DNA from: Candidatus Latescibacterota bacterium
Lineage (GTDB): Bacteria > Latescibacterota > CBDEFO01
Assembly: GCA_965248755.1 (NCBI GenBank)
Contig: OZ252149.1
Coordinates: 3,552,001 to 3,616,000, forward strand
Direction: 5' to 3'
Length of the DNA: 64,000 nucleotides
A program made the position numbers and the translations under genes. This document shows, in pieces, positions 8,218-18,815 of the stretch (position 1 is its first letter; each line of letters begins with the position of its first letter). The notes beneath the pieces were generated by a model. The model saw nothing but the letters and a program-made list of their open reading frames with translations, was not told where the DNA came from and did no database searches.

Positions 8218-10617
8218 ATGAAAGTTTCTTACAACTGGCTCAAAGACTACATTGACTTGGAAATGACTCCCGACCAGTTGGGAGAGTGTCTGATGATGTT
8301 GGGGCTCGATCTGGAATCGACAGAGACGTTGGGAGATGAATTTGAGGATGTAGTGGTGGGAGAGGTGATCTCGAAGGTGGGTCATCCGAATGCGGACAGA
8401 CTCTGGGTCGTGGGAGTTGATGTCAGGGACGAAAAGTTGGACATTGTGTGTGGAGCGCCGAACGTGGATGTTGGGCAGAAGGTTCCGGTGGCCACAGTCG
8501 GCGCAAAGCTCCCATCCGGAACCTCTGTGGATAGACGTCCGATCAGAGGGGTCGAGTCCGTGGGGATGATATGCTCTGAGGTGGAATTAGGATTAGGCGA
8601 GGACGCCGAGGGGATCATGGTGCTGTCCGATGACGCCCAAATCGGAGAAAAGCTCGCAGATGTCCTCAATTTAAGGGACGTCGTGCTCGACTTTGAGGTG
8701 ACCCCTAACAGACCGGACTTGATGGGCATAATCGGAGTGGCAAGGGAGGTAGGAGCGGCTACAGGCAAGAGTCTCAGGATGCCCTGTGTGAAGGTCAACC
8801 AAGGGGAGGAGAAAACTGAGGATATAGTCTCGGTGGAGATCTCCGATGTGGAAGGCTGTCCGCGATACGCAGCAAGGGTGATAAGGGGCGTAAAGGTCGA
8901 AAGTTCGCCCCTGTGGATGAGGCGGAGGCTTGAAGCTGTGGGGATAAGGCCCATAAACAGCGTAGTGGATGCGACTAACTATTGCCTGATGGAGATGGGA
9001 CATCCCCTGCACGCCTTCGACCTGGACATTCTCTCGGAGAACAAGATCGTGGTCAAAAGGGCACAAAAAGGGGAGATCTTCACGACATTAGACGGCGTCG
9101 AGCGAAAGCTGGACGACGATGTCCTGGTAATAGCTGACGGGGAAAAGACCGTGGCACTGGCCGGGATTATGGGAGGTCTTAACTCTGAGGTGACCGATAC
9201 GACCCAGGATATTCTCCTGGAGAGTGCTTACTTTTCGCCGAAGGTCGTGAGGGCTTCTGCAAGGAAAGTGGAACTTTCGACGGAGGCGTCGCAGAGGTTC
9301 GAAAGGGGTGCAGATTTCGAAGTACCCGTAAGGGCTATAGACAGGGCAGCTCAACTGATAGCAGAGGTTACAGGTGGCAGGGCAACAAAGGGCGTCATAG
9401 ATATATATCCCAGACCGATCAAAAGGCGTTCTGTACCCTTGCGCACAGGTAGGGCCAACGACATTCTGGGGACCTCCATAGATGGAGACAGGATGAAAGA
9501 GATCCTGGACTCGGTGGGATGCAAGACGAAGCTGGAAGACGGAAAAATAGAGGCTACTGTCTCGAGTTTCAGACCTGACATAACAAGGGAAATAGACCTT
9601 ATCGAGGAGGTAGCCAGAGTCTACGGCTATAATGAGATAGCCGAAAGGGAAGTAGGCGGAGGTAAGTTAGGTGTGGAGGAGAGCGATTCGGAGCGGCTGA
9701 CTGAAAAAAGCAGGGACGTCCTCTGCGGACTCGGATTGACGGAGGTCGTGACTGTTAATCTGTGCAACCCTAATCTCCTCAAAGCAATAGAGCCAGAAGT
9801 TGAACCTGTCCTTTTGTCCAACCCCTCAAGCCTCGATGCCTCGGCGTTGAGGACGACGCTCCTTGTAAGCCTTCTGGACGTTGCAAAGAGGAACATGAAC
9901 TATAAGATGGAGGCGATCAGGATATTCGAGATCGGAAGGACATTCAGCCCTTCTTCCGATAGGGCAAAAATAGAGGAAAGGAAGCAAATAGCTGGCCTCT
10001 TTACGGGTAATTGGGTCTCTCCATCCTGGACAGAAGGGGCAAGATCTGTCGATTTTTTCGACCTCAGAGGCACAGTGGAAGCCTATGTAGAAGCGATATG
10101 TGGATCGAAGTTAGAGTTTAGGTTTAGGTTTGGAGCAGAGGAATCACCTACTTATCAGAAGGGACTTTCGGCATGCGTGCTGATAGACAAAGAGCCTCTC
10201 GGAAGCATGGGCAAGTTGAGTTCTGATGTAACCGCCCTGTTCGATATCGATAGAGATGTCTTTGCGTTCTGTTTGGACTTTGAATCGCTTTCCGGGCGGA
10301 TGAAGAGGGATACCGAGTTCAGTCCACTTATGAGATACCCGGCAGCAGAAAGGGATCTTGCCTTTGTAATAGGGGAGGATGTCCCCACAGGAGACGCCCT
10401 TTCTACGATTCGTGACGTGGACAAAGAATTGGTAGAATCGGTAAACCTGTTCGACCTTTACAGGGGGGATCAGATATCAGAGGGCAAAAAGAGCCTTGCG
10501 GTTGCCCTGAAGTTCCGCTCAAAGGAAGCTACACTATCAGAAAGCCAAGCCGATGCTCTATTTCATAGGATAACTCAAAGGCTTAAAGAGGATTTTGGAG
10601 CCGAACTCCGCTCATAA
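8218..10617 (+). CDS. pheT: Phenylalanyl-tRNA synthetase beta subunit
   Basis: MKVSYNWLKDY, IVCGAPNV, TPNRPD, RFERG, C-terminal FDX-ACB domain. Confidence 0.97.
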   Translation: MKVSYNWLKDYIDLEMTPDQLGECLMMLGLDLESTETLGDEFEDVVVGEVISKVGHPNADRLWVVGVDVRDEKLDIVCGAPNVDVGQKVPVATVGAKLPSGTSVDRRPIRGVESVGMICSEVELGLGEDAEGIMVLSDDAQIGEKLADVLNLRDVVLDFEVTPNRPDLMGIIGVAREVGAATGKSLRMPCVKVNQGEEKTEDIVSVEISDVEGCPRYAARVIRGVKVESSPLWMRRRLEAVGIRPINSVVDATNYCLMEMGHPLHAFDLDILSENKIVVKRAQKGEIFTTLDGVERKLDDDVLVIADGEKTVALAGIMGGLNSEVTDTTQDILLESAYFSPKVVRASARKVELSTEASQRFERGADFEVPVRAIDRAAQLIAEVTGGRATKGVIDIYPRPIKRRSVPLRTGRANDILGTSIDGDRMKEILDSVGCKTKLEDGKIEATVSSFRPDITREIDLIEEVARVYGYNEIAEREVGGGKLGVEESDSERLTEKSRDVLCGLGLTEVVTVNLCNPNLLKAIEPEVEPVLLSNPSSLDASALRTTLLVSLLDVAKRNMNYKMEAIRIFEIGRTFSPSSDRAKIEERKQIAGLFTGNWVSPSWTEGARSVDFFDLRGTVEAYVEAICGSKLEFRFRFGAEESPTYQKGLSACVLIDKEPLGSMGKLSSDVTALFDIDRDVFAFCLDFESLSGRMKRDTEFSPLMRYPAAERDLAFVIGEDVPTGDALSTIRDVDKELVESVNLFDLYRGDQISEGKKSLAVALKFRSKEATLSESQADALFHRITQRLKEDFGAELRS

Positions 10618-10773
10618 GAAGTAGACAGTGGACAGTAGAGAGGGCACCCCTCCCCCCAACCGTTATTGCGAGGCGGTGTGGCCGCTTTGCTGGGGTGGTA
10701 GCAAGCCACGAAGTGGGTGAAGTAATCTCAAAGGCTTTCTAATAATGTTCTAAAGAAAAGTAGACAGGGGAAA

Positions 10774-11079
10774 ATGGAGATCGAAAGTCTCGATCAGTTG
10801 GAATCACAGGTCAAGATGGCTGTGGCACTAATACGGGAGCTCAGGAGGCAAAAAGAGGAGCTCGAAAGGCAGAATATACAGCTTAAAGAGCACCTGGAAA
10901 GACGTTCTTCAGAGCTTGAAGAAGTCGGGCTCTTGAGGGAGCAGAACTCCCAGTTCTTGGAGAAAAAAGAAGAGATCAAGGCCAAGATTGAGGCGATCGT
11001 TTCCAAGGTAGAAGGACGCGGCCTTGAGGATTCTTCTGGAAGTGTGCAAAAATTGAAAGGAAGCGAAATTGCAGGATAA
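10774..11079 (+). CDS. ZapB-like coiled-coil cell division protein
   Basis: Coiled coil between pheT and zapA, a conserved position. Confidence 0.7.
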   Translation: MEIESLDQLESQVKMAVALIRELRRQKEELERQNIQLKEHLERRSSELEEVGLLREQNSQFLEKKEEIKAKIEAIVSKVEGRGLEDSSGSVQKLKGSEIAG

Positions 11080-11371
11080 AGAGGCGACAGTAGTAAAAAT
11101 ATTCGGAACTGATTATCCTATCCAAGTGAAGGCAGACCCGGAATACGTAAAGTCGGTGGCCCGCTACGTTGACAATAAGATGAGGCAAGCGGCAAAGGAT
11201 ATTCCGGTGCACTCCGCAATGAAGGCGGCTATAGTTGCAGCCTTAAACCTGGCAGATGAACTGTTCAAAGAAAGAGGAGAGGGAGAATCTGTACTATTGG
11301 ATTTAGATGACAGGGTCAAGAAACTTTCCCATCTTTTGGAGGGAGAGTTGACGCAGATTAGTAGACAGTAA
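11069..11371 (+). CDS. zapA: Cell division protein ZapA
   Basis: VKIFGTDY...VARYVDNKM...AALNLADEL. Confidence 0.92.
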   Translation: MQDKEATVVKIFGTDYPIQVKADPEYVKSVARYVDNKMRQAAKDIPVHSAMKAAIVAALNLADELFKERGEGESVLLDLDDRVKKLSHLLEGELTQISRQ

Positions 11372-11670
11372 TAGACAGACGATAGGCCCCAATTGTCCCC
11401 GATTGCTTCTACCCCCGATTGAATCTATCGGGGGGGATCTGGGGTCGGGGGTAGACAAGCGCCTCCTCCCATCCCTTCAGATTGGTTCTGGTTCCGCCTC
11501 TCGTCTCCTTCGGGGTCGCAACGCCAGACGGCGTCAGGCTTTGCCTCTCTCAATGGCACTCAAGGCAAAAGCAAGCAATACCAAAGGCCATCGCAACTTC
11601 GTTGTGAGGCGGTGTGGCCCCTTTCCTGGGCTGGAAGCTAGCCACGAAGTGGGCCAAGCAGTCTCCCGTA
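11372..11670. repeat. Composite cluster of nested palindromic repeats
   Basis: Nested CCCCGATTG...CGGGG copies (11385-11450). The segment GAGGCGGTGTGGCC...AGCCACGAAGTGGG is shared with 10669-10717. Confidence 0.7.
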
Positions 11671-11761
11671 GAGTGTCTCTTCCTGTAATTTGTCCACACA
11701 CCTCGGCTCTTTAGATGGAACGCCTCCAAAGAATTCCACCAACATAATATATGGGTTCTAG

Positions 11762-11884
11762 AATCCCCGCCGCGTGTCTAAGGATCAGGAGGCTCCTTTT
11801 GAAAGTCAAAACACGGTTTAGCCACTGTTCCCCAAAGATTCCTTCGATGCTTCTGGGGAGAGTATAACGCGGTACAGGGGAATT
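11762..11884 (+). ncRNA. ssrS: Probable compact 6S RNA
   Basis: Canonical zapA-rny position. Closing stem CCCC.GCCGCGT / ACGCGGT..GGGG, inner stem CAGGAGGC/GCTTCTG, about 120 nt. Confidence 0.65.
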
Positions 11885-11912
11885 TTTGTTTATAGACAGA
11901 GAGGAAATAAAG

Positions 11913-13484
11913 ATGGATATACTTCAATTGATCATGCCGGCAGCGGGTATTGTCATAGTTCTTATAGCCTCTTTCGGTTTGGGGTGGCTGGCTAATAGCA
12001 GAGCAGGACAGGGCAAGATCGCAAGTGCAGATGCCCAGGCAGAGAAGATTATCGAAGATGCCCGAGAAGAGGCGGAATCCCTCAAGAAGACCGCCCTTCT
12101 GGAGGCAAAGGATGAGTGGTACAAGGCAAAACTCGATTTTGACAGAAATACTGACGAAAAGAGAAATGAACTCCGTAAACTTGAGATGCAATTTGTGGAT
12201 CGGGAAAGGAAGATGGACAAAAAGGTGGATATATTGAACAACAAAGAGAAGAATCTTCAAATCAGAGAGCAACAGTTATCGTCCAGAGAAAGGAGCATAA
12301 AGGTCAAGGATGAGCAGCTAATACAGATTATCTCAGAGCAAAACCAAAGGCTCGAAAAGATATCCCGTATGACGCAGGATGAGGCACAGAGGATCTTGAT
12401 GGCTAATCTGGAGGACAAGGTCAAACGGGAGGGAGCGCGCCGGGCCAAAGAAATCAAAGATGAAGCCATATCGAACGCCGAAAGGGAGGCAAGGGAGATC
12501 CTGGTGATGGCTATCCAAAGGTGCGCAGCAGATCATTCTGTAGAATCCACCGTATCAATCGTCTCTCTCCCCTCGGATGAGATGAAGGGGAGGATCATAG
12601 GTAGGGAAGGCAGAAACATCAGGGTCTTTGAGATACGCACAGGAGTAGATGTCATAGTGGACGACACCCCCGAGGCTGTTATCCTTTCGTCCTTTGATCC
12701 CATAAGGAGAGAAATTGCTAGGATATCCCTGGAAAGATTGATCCTGGATGGTAGGATTCATCCGGGGAGGATCGAAGAGGTCGTCGAAAAAGTGGAGGCA
12801 GAGATAGACGACAAGATAAAGGAGGCCGGGGAACAGGCGGCCTTCGAGGTGGGAGTGCACGGACTGCACGACAAGCTAATTGTGTTCTTGGGAAAGCTTA
12901 AATATCGCACAAGCTTCGGACAGAACGTCCTTCAGCACAGCAAGGAAGTGGCGTTACTTGCCGGGATGATGGCCGCAGAGTTAGGCCTGGACCAACAGTT
13001 AGCCAAAAGGTCAGGGCTTCTGCATGATATAGGGAAGGCAGTAGACCACGAGGTTGAGGGAACACACGTGGAAATAGGCGTAGAGTTAGCAAAAAGGCAC
13101 AGGGAACATGAGGTAGTAGTCAACGCAATAGAGGCGCATCACGAAGGTGTCCCGATCATATCCCCGATCACAGCGATAGTCGATGCGGCGAATGACATCT
13201 CCAGCGCAAGGCCGGGGGCACGGAGAGATACTCTGGAAGGCTACGTAAAGAGACTGGATCACTTGGAGGAGTTAGCAGAATCGTTTGACGGCGTGGAAAA
13301 GACATATGCAATACAGGCGGGACGAGAGGTAAGGGTAATAACCGACTGCAAACTCTTAGATGATGCCCAGGCGGATCAGTTAGCCTCTGATATAGCCGAT
13401 AAGATAGAATCGCAGCTGGAGTATCCAGATCAGATCAAAGTTACAGTCATAAGAGAAATCAGGGCTGTGGATTATGCCCGCTAA
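11913..13484 (+). CDS. rny: Ribonuclease Y
   Basis: N-terminal TM helix, KH motif KGRIIGREGRNIR, LLHDIGK, RPGARR, YAIQAGREVRV. Confidence 0.96.
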   Translation: MDILQLIMPAAGIVIVLIASFGLGWLANSRAGQGKIASADAQAEKIIEDAREEAESLKKTALLEAKDEWYKAKLDFDRNTDEKRNELRKLEMQFVDRERKMDKKVDILNNKEKNLQIREQQLSSRERSIKVKDEQLIQIISEQNQRLEKISRMTQDEAQRILMANLEDKVKREGARRAKEIKDEAISNAEREAREILVMAIQRCAADHSVESTVSIVSLPSDEMKGRIIGREGRNIRVFEIRTGVDVIVDDTPEAVILSSFDPIRREIARISLERLILDGRIHPGRIEEVVEKVEAEIDDKIKEAGEQAAFEVGVHGLHDKLIVFLGKLKYRTSFGQNVLQHSKEVALLAGMMAAELGLDQQLAKRSGLLHDIGKAVDHEVEGTHVEIGVELAKRHREHEVVVNAIEAHHEGVPIISPITAIVDAANDISSARPGARRDTLEGYVKRLDHLEELAESFDGVEKTYAIQAGREVRVITDCKLLDDAQADQLASDIADKIESQLEYPDQIKVTVIREIRAVDYAR

Positions 13485-13672
13485 TTATGCTCGCAAATTA
13501 GATGACTGAAGGCAGGCAAAAGCAGTAAACAGCATACAGGACAGCCCCACCTCTCCCCAACTACTGTCTACGAGATTGTTTCCCCCCGACCCCTGATTGA
13601 ATCTATCAGGGGCTCAATCGGGGACAAGGGAGGGGAGGTGGTACCCCTGTGTACTTTTTTTGGAGCATTCTT

Positions 13673-14464
13673 TTGAGGATACTTTTCATTGGGGATATTT
13701 ACGCAAGGCCCGGGAGAAGGGCGGTGTCGGAGCTCCTCCCGAAGATTAGGGAGAATAAGGAGATCGACTTTTGCATAGCCAACGGAGAGAACACAGCGGG
13801 AGGATTCGGGATTACGGAGAATATCGCAAGAAAACTCTATTCGTACGGCGTGGACGTGATCACGAGCGGAAATCACGTCTGGCACAGGAAGGAGTCCCGA
13901 GAATACATACAAAACGCTGTCTGTCTCCTGCGCCCCGCTAACTATCCGCCTGAGGCAGGAGGTGTGGGCTATGGAGTATTCGAATCTGCAGGTGGAATCC
14001 CGGTAGGGGTGCTCAACCTCCAAGGCAGGACATTTATGACGCACATCGATTGTCCATTTCGACTCGGAAGACAAAAGATCGAACAGTTAAAGGAATCGGC
14101 TCTGGTAATAATAGTCGATTTTCACGGAGAGGCTACATCCGAAAAGATCGCCTTTGGATGGTACACAGACGGCCATGCCAGCGCTGTGGTCGGCACTCAC
14201 ACGCACGTCCAGACCGCCGATGAGAGGATACTCCCCGGTGGGACAGCTTATATAACAGACGTGGGTATGACCGGTCCCCACGACTCTGTGATCGGAGCGC
14301 AGAAGGATATAGCAATAAGGAGATTCCTGACCGGTCTGCCGGAAAGGTTCGAACCCGCAGAGGCGGACATTAAGTTCTGCGCTGTGCTTTTGGACATAGA
14401 CGAAAGCACGGGCAAAGCTGAGAGCATCGAAAGGATAAGGCTGGATGTTGAACTGGTCGAATGA
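13673..14464 (+). CDS. YmdB-like metallophosphoesterase (TIGR00282 type)
   Basis: RILFIGD, NGEN, TSGNH, DFHGEATSEK, GTHTHVQTAD. Follows rny. Confidence 0.93.
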   Translation: MRILFIGDIYARPGRRAVSELLPKIRENKEIDFCIANGENTAGGFGITENIARKLYSYGVDVITSGNHVWHRKESREYIQNAVCLLRPANYPPEAGGVGYGVFESAGGIPVGVLNLQGRTFMTHIDCPFRLGRQKIEQLKESALVIIVDFHGEATSEKIAFGWYTDGHASAVVGTHTHVQTADERILPGGTAYITDVGMTGPHDSVIGAQKDIAIRRFLTGLPERFEPAEADIKFCAVLLDIDESTGKAESIERIRLDVELVE

Positions 14465-15683
14465 TACTACAGGCGAACCCCCTTACAGCGTATCTGAGGT
14501 GACGATGGCCCTGAAGCTGTTGATTGAGGAGGGTCTCCCACCCTTATGGATAGAGGGCGAGGTGTCGAATTTTACGCGCCATCCGTCCGGCCACAGGTAC
14601 TTCACTCTAAAAGATGAAAAGAGCCAGATAAGGTGTGTGATGTGGAGAGAGGAGGGGCGAGATCTTGCGTTTGCTCCCGATGTGGGGATGAAGGTGCTGG
14701 CATATGGGAAGGTTTCGGTCTACGAGAAGGGTGGACAGTATCAGTTCTACGCTTCAAAGATGCTCCCTTTTGGACCGGGCGAGCTCCAATTGGCGTTTGA
14801 AAGGCTGAAGGAAACATTATCGTCCGAGGGGCTCTTCGACGAGTCGAGGAAAAGGCCGATTCCGCCGTTCCCTGAGACGGTAGGGGTTGTTACATCTCCT
14901 GTGGGTGCTGCAATACGGGATATTGAAAACGTAATAGCCAAGAGATCCCCAGGCGTCCGGATAGTTCTGGCGCCTGTAAGAGTCCAGGGAGATGGAGCTG
15001 CAGATGAGATAGCAAGGGGTATAGCGGATCTGAACGAGTACGGTGACGTCTCAGTCTTAATCGTAGGCAGGGGGGGCGGGAGCGCCGAAGACCTGTGGGC
15101 GTTCAACGAAGAGGTGGTGGCAAGGGCTATATACGCCTCGAAAATTCCGGTGATCTCGGCTGTTGGACACGAAGTGGATATTACCGTAGCCGACCTTGTG
15201 GCGGACGTAAGGGCTTCGACGCCCTCTGCCGCCGCCCAGATGGCCGTTATGGATAGAAACGACATAAAGAGGGAAATACAGGGACTCCTATGGAGGGCAT
15301 CAAAGACCATCCAGGGGAGAATCGAGGACAGAGACGCCGCCCTGAAGAGACTAACTGCAAGCTACGCCCTGCGGCGATTCCCGGAAGAGATGCACCGAAA
15401 GGCTCAAAACGTGGATGAACTTACCGACAGGATCAGACTTTATCTTGAGAATATCATAAGTTCCTGGGAGTCTTCCTACAGACAGATGGCGGGGAAGTTA
15501 GACGCTTTAAGTCCACTTTCGGCTTTGAGCAGGGGATTTTCTATCTGCCAAAAAGTTCCAGAAGGGGTCATAATAACGGACAGTTCAACCCTTTCGGTCG
15601 AAGATAGGGTCAAGATAAGATTCCAAAGGGGCAGCGCAATCTGCTCCGTGCAGGATGTGGAGGACCGTGACAACTATGCCTGA
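14445..15683 (+). CDS. xseA: Exodeoxyribonuclease VII large subunit
   Basis: GEVSNF..SGHRYFTLKD, RGGGSAEDLWAFN, VGHEVD, TPSAAA. Confidence 0.96.
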   Translation: MLNWSNDTTGEPPYSVSEVTMALKLLIEEGLPPLWIEGEVSNFTRHPSGHRYFTLKDEKSQIRCVMWREEGRDLAFAPDVGMKVLAYGKVSVYEKGGQYQFYASKMLPFGPGELQLAFERLKETLSSEGLFDESRKRPIPPFPETVGVVTSPVGAAIRDIENVIAKRSPGVRIVLAPVRVQGDGAADEIARGIADLNEYGDVSVLIVGRGGGSAEDLWAFNEEVVARAIYASKIPVISAVGHEVDITVADLVADVRASTPSAAAQMAVMDRNDIKREIQGLLWRASKTIQGRIEDRDAALKRLTASYALRRFPEEMHRKAQNVDELTDRIRLYLENIISSWESSYRQMAGKLDALSPLSALSRGFSICQKVPEGVIITDSSTLSVEDRVKIRFQRGSAICSVQDVEDRDNYA

Positions 15684-15915
15684 AGAAAAGTTTGAGGATA
15701 AGCTGCGACGATTAGAACAGATAGTAGAGAAGTTAGAGGGCGGAGAAATCACCTCAAGCGAAGATATTTCCTTGGAAGATTCCCTAGAGATGTTCGAGGA
15801 GGGAGTCAGGATCTCAAAGGAATGTGCGGCGATCCTGGGCAAGGTGAAAAAGAGGATTCAGAAGTTAACAAAGGACGAAGATGGCGCCTTCAAATTAGAG
15901 GAACTCGATGATTAA
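15676..15915 (+). CDS. xseB: Exodeoxyribonuclease VII small subunit
   Basis: FEDKLRRLEQIVEKLE...LEDSLEMFEEGV. Confidence 0.92.
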   Translation: MPEEKFEDKLRRLEQIVEKLEGGEITSSEDISLEDSLEMFEEGVRISKECAAILGKVKKRIQKLTKDEDGAFKLEELDD

Positions 15916-16816
15916 GGAGATAGGCATATTCGGCATCCCATCTGATCTGAGGGAAAGTGTCCGCCCCAGGGTGGAAAGTGTCATAAGGGAATTTATAAGG
16001 ATAGCGGAACAGGAAGGCCTTGAACTTTACGCAGTTGACGACCTGAAAGAAACTGTGGATCGGTTCAAAGCGTCCGCTGTAGAGGGCAGGTTACTGCCCA
16101 AGGACGATCTGGCCGAAAGTGTCGATGTGGTGGTGTCGTTTGGGGGAGATGGAACTATCTTGAAGGCAGCTGAGGCTGTCGGAGATTCAGGTGTGCCGAT
16201 ATTGGGAGTCAATTTAGGGAGATTGGGATTTCTGGCCGGTGTATCTCCCAAGAATCTGGAGGAGGGCGTAAGAGAGCTTAAAGCAGGCAAGTTCACAGTG
16301 GACAGGAGGATGGTGCTCTCGGCCGGGATTGAGGGCGAGGAGAAAAGGTTCTTTGCCCTCAACGACGTGGTGGTGGAGAAAGGATCATGCGCCAGGATCT
16401 TGGAGATCGAAATGTACATAAACGACGAGATGGTGGCGTCTTACATGGGAAATGGAGTGGTGGTATCGAGTCCAACAGGATCGACGGCTTATTCGCTGTC
16501 TGCGGGTGGACCTATAGTGCACCCCGGGATGGAGGCCATCATAGCCTCTCCGATATGTCCTCATTCTCTGTCCCTGAGGAGCATGGTAGTTCCAGAAGAT
16601 GAGGTGATCACTGTCCGGCTTAAGGCACAGAAGGGCGATGATGTGATGCTTACTGTTGACAGCCGCACGGCAGGAGATCTGGAACCTGACAGCAGAGTGG
16701 TTGTAAGTAAGGCTCCCTTTTCGATCAATTTGATGAACTTGAGCGGCCTATCGTTCTACTCTCTTCTGCGAGAGAAATTGGGATGGGGAATAGGCTATAC
16801 AGTAGACAGACAGTAG
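15908..16816 (+). CDS. nadK: NAD kinase
   Basis: GGDGT, GVNLGRLGFL, ALND, PTGSTAYSLSAGGP. Confidence 0.94.
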   Translation: MIKEIGIFGIPSDLRESVRPRVESVIREFIRIAEQEGLELYAVDDLKETVDRFKASAVEGRLLPKDDLAESVDVVVSFGGDGTILKAAEAVGDSGVPILGVNLGRLGFLAGVSPKNLEEGVRELKAGKFTVDRRMVLSAGIEGEEKRFFALNDVVVEKGSCARILEIEMYINDEMVASYMGNGVVVSSPTGSTAYSLSAGGPIVHPGMEAIIASPICPHSLSLRSMVVPEDEVITVRLKAQKGDDVMLTVDSRTAGDLEPDSRVVVSKAPFSINLMNLSGLSFYSLLREKLGWGIGYTVDRQ

Positions 16817-16990
16817 CCCCCGATAGATTCAATCGGGGGTAGACAGGGACCACCCTCCTCCCTGCCCCATATGCGGTAGATACCATATCAAGAAATGGTA
16901 CTAAAATCCAGTCCCCGATCCCCAATTGATACTATTGGGGATCGGGGACTGGCAATAGATGATGTAGGGGCTGGGTTACCCCGCCCCTAC
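16797..16990. repeat. Repeat cluster: heptamers, CCCCCGATAGATTCAATCGGGGG, a 19-bp perfect inverted repeat and a GTAGGGGC REP
   Basis: CCAGTCCCCGATCCCCAAT-N7-ATTGGGGATCGGGGACTGG (16908-16952); GTAGGGGCTGGGTTACCCCGCCCCTAC. Confidence 0.8.
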
Positions 16991-17105
16991 AAAGTGTTCG
17001 AACAGAACTCGCTTACCTACAAAAATAAAACTAGGTGATCCTGACAGTATACCAGGCCAAGTACCAGTTCACAACGTGATGTATATATATCCGGAGGTGA
17101 TTGAC

Positions 17106-18815
17106 TTGCTTCGTCGGTTGTACATAAAGGACCTGGCTCTAATTGAGGGTGCAGATGTGGAGCTCTCCCCAGGGTTGAACATCATCACGGGGGAGACGGG
17201 CGCGGGAAAGTCTATGCTGATCGGGGCTTTAGGACTGATATTGGGCGAACGGGCGGACACCGACTCGGTGAGAAAGGGCGCAGAAAGATGTCTGGTCGAA
17301 GGTACATTTGAACTTAGTGAAGGGCATCCGATCCTTCAGAAGTTGGACGATATAGGCGTTTCAGCCTCCGACGAGGATAACTATCTGCTTATCCTAAGAC
17401 GTGAGGTGTCCTCTGATGGAAAGAGCAGGTGCTTTGCAAATGGCTCCTCTATCACGAGCAGGACCCTAAGACAGATCGGCGACCTTCTGGTAGACCTTCA
17501 CGGTCAGCACGATCACCAGTCCCTTTTAAAAGTAGATGAACATGTGGAGTTTCTGGACGGCTTCGGGAGACTGACAGGTCTGGTGCAGAAAGTGGAGAAA
17601 GCCCACAGGGAACTGGGAGACGCAAAAAAGAGTATCAGCGAATTAGAGCGGAAAAAGGATGGTTTAGAGGAAAAAAGGGAACTTCAGGAATTTCAGCTGA
17701 ACGAGATTCTGGAGGCAGACCCAAAAATAGGAGAGGACGAGGATCTGGAAAGAGGAAGGTCGGTGCTTGAGAACTCCCAGTTTCTTTCTGAGACGGGCTC
17801 GGGGCTTTTAGATATGTTATACGAAGGGGAAGACTCGGTCGTAGATCACCTGGGGAGGGGAGAAAGGCAGATGTCGGATGCCGCCAGGATAGATAATGAG
17901 CTCTCTTCAAAGCTGTCGCAGTTTCAAGAGCTGATATACCGTGTCGAGGACCTCGCTGACTTTTTCAGAGATTACGTACAAAAGATTCAAAGCGATCCCG
18001 GCAGATTGGAAGAGGTGGGGGAAAGGCTCGTTCTACTGGAGAGATTGAAGAGGAAATACGGCCAAACTCTGGACAATGTGATAAAGTACAGGGAGACTTT
18101 GGAGAGGGAATTAGGCCTTTCGGATGCTATAGATGAGCAGATAGGAGAAGCCCGGAGTCTCTTTGTAAAGATAGAGGAGAAATTCTCCAAGCTATGCGCC
18201 GAGCTATCAAGAAAGCGAGATTTATCGGGGCGGAAGCTCTCTTTGAAGGTGAACGATGCTTTAGGCGATCTGGGGATGGCTAGGGCGAAGTTCAGGGTCG
18301 ATCTGATGCGTACGGAAGTGGGCGAAGGCGGAGCGGTTATAGATGGAAGGAGATTCGAGGCGGGTCCCAAAGGTGCCGAAAGGACGGAGTTCTACATCTC
18401 GACCAATCCGGGCGAGGGCGAAAAGCGCCTCAAAAGGATCGCCTCAGGCGGAGAAGTCTCAAGGATCATGCTCGCCTTAAAATCAATATTAGCGGACGTG
18501 GACTCTGTTCCACTTCTGGTGTTCGACGAGATAGATATAGGAATATCCGGCAGGATAGCGGACGCCGTAGGGAAAAAGCTCAGAGAGCTGTCAGCGTCGC
18601 ATCAGGTAATCTCCATCACCCATCTGCCTCAGATAGCCAGCCATGCGGAGGAGCACCTTTGTGTGATCAAAGAGGTCAAAGGCCGAAGGAGTATAGCATC
18701 GGTAGTGACCTTAGATGAAGACCAGAGGAAAGAAGAACTCGCGAAGCTTATAGCTGGAGAGGATATTTCGGACGTGACGAAAAGATACGCCGAGGAACTG
18801 CTTAGTAGAGGATAA
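17106..18815 (+). CDS. recN: DNA repair protein RecN
   Basis: TGETGAGKS, HGQHDHQ, ASGGEVSR, FDEID, ITHLPQIA. Confidence 0.96.
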   Translation: MLRRLYIKDLALIEGADVELSPGLNIITGETGAGKSMLIGALGLILGERADTDSVRKGAERCLVEGTFELSEGHPILQKLDDIGVSASDEDNYLLILRREVSSDGKSRCFANGSSITSRTLRQIGDLLVDLHGQHDHQSLLKVDEHVEFLDGFGRLTGLVQKVEKAHRELGDAKKSISELERKKDGLEEKRELQEFQLNEILEADPKIGEDEDLERGRSVLENSQFLSETGSGLLDMLYEGEDSVVDHLGRGERQMSDAARIDNELSSKLSQFQELIYRVEDLADFFRDYVQKIQSDPGRLEEVGERLVLLERLKRKYGQTLDNVIKYRETLERELGLSDAIDEQIGEARSLFVKIEEKFSKLCAELSRKRDLSGRKLSLKVNDALGDLGMARAKFRVDLMRTEVGEGGAVIDGRRFEAGPKGAERTEFYISTNPGEGEKRLKRIASGGEVSRIMLALKSILADVDSVPLLVFDEIDIGISGRIADAVGKKLRELSASHQVISITHLPQIASHAEEHLCVIKEVKGRRSIASVVTLDEDQRKEELAKLIAGEDISDVTKRYAEELLSRG

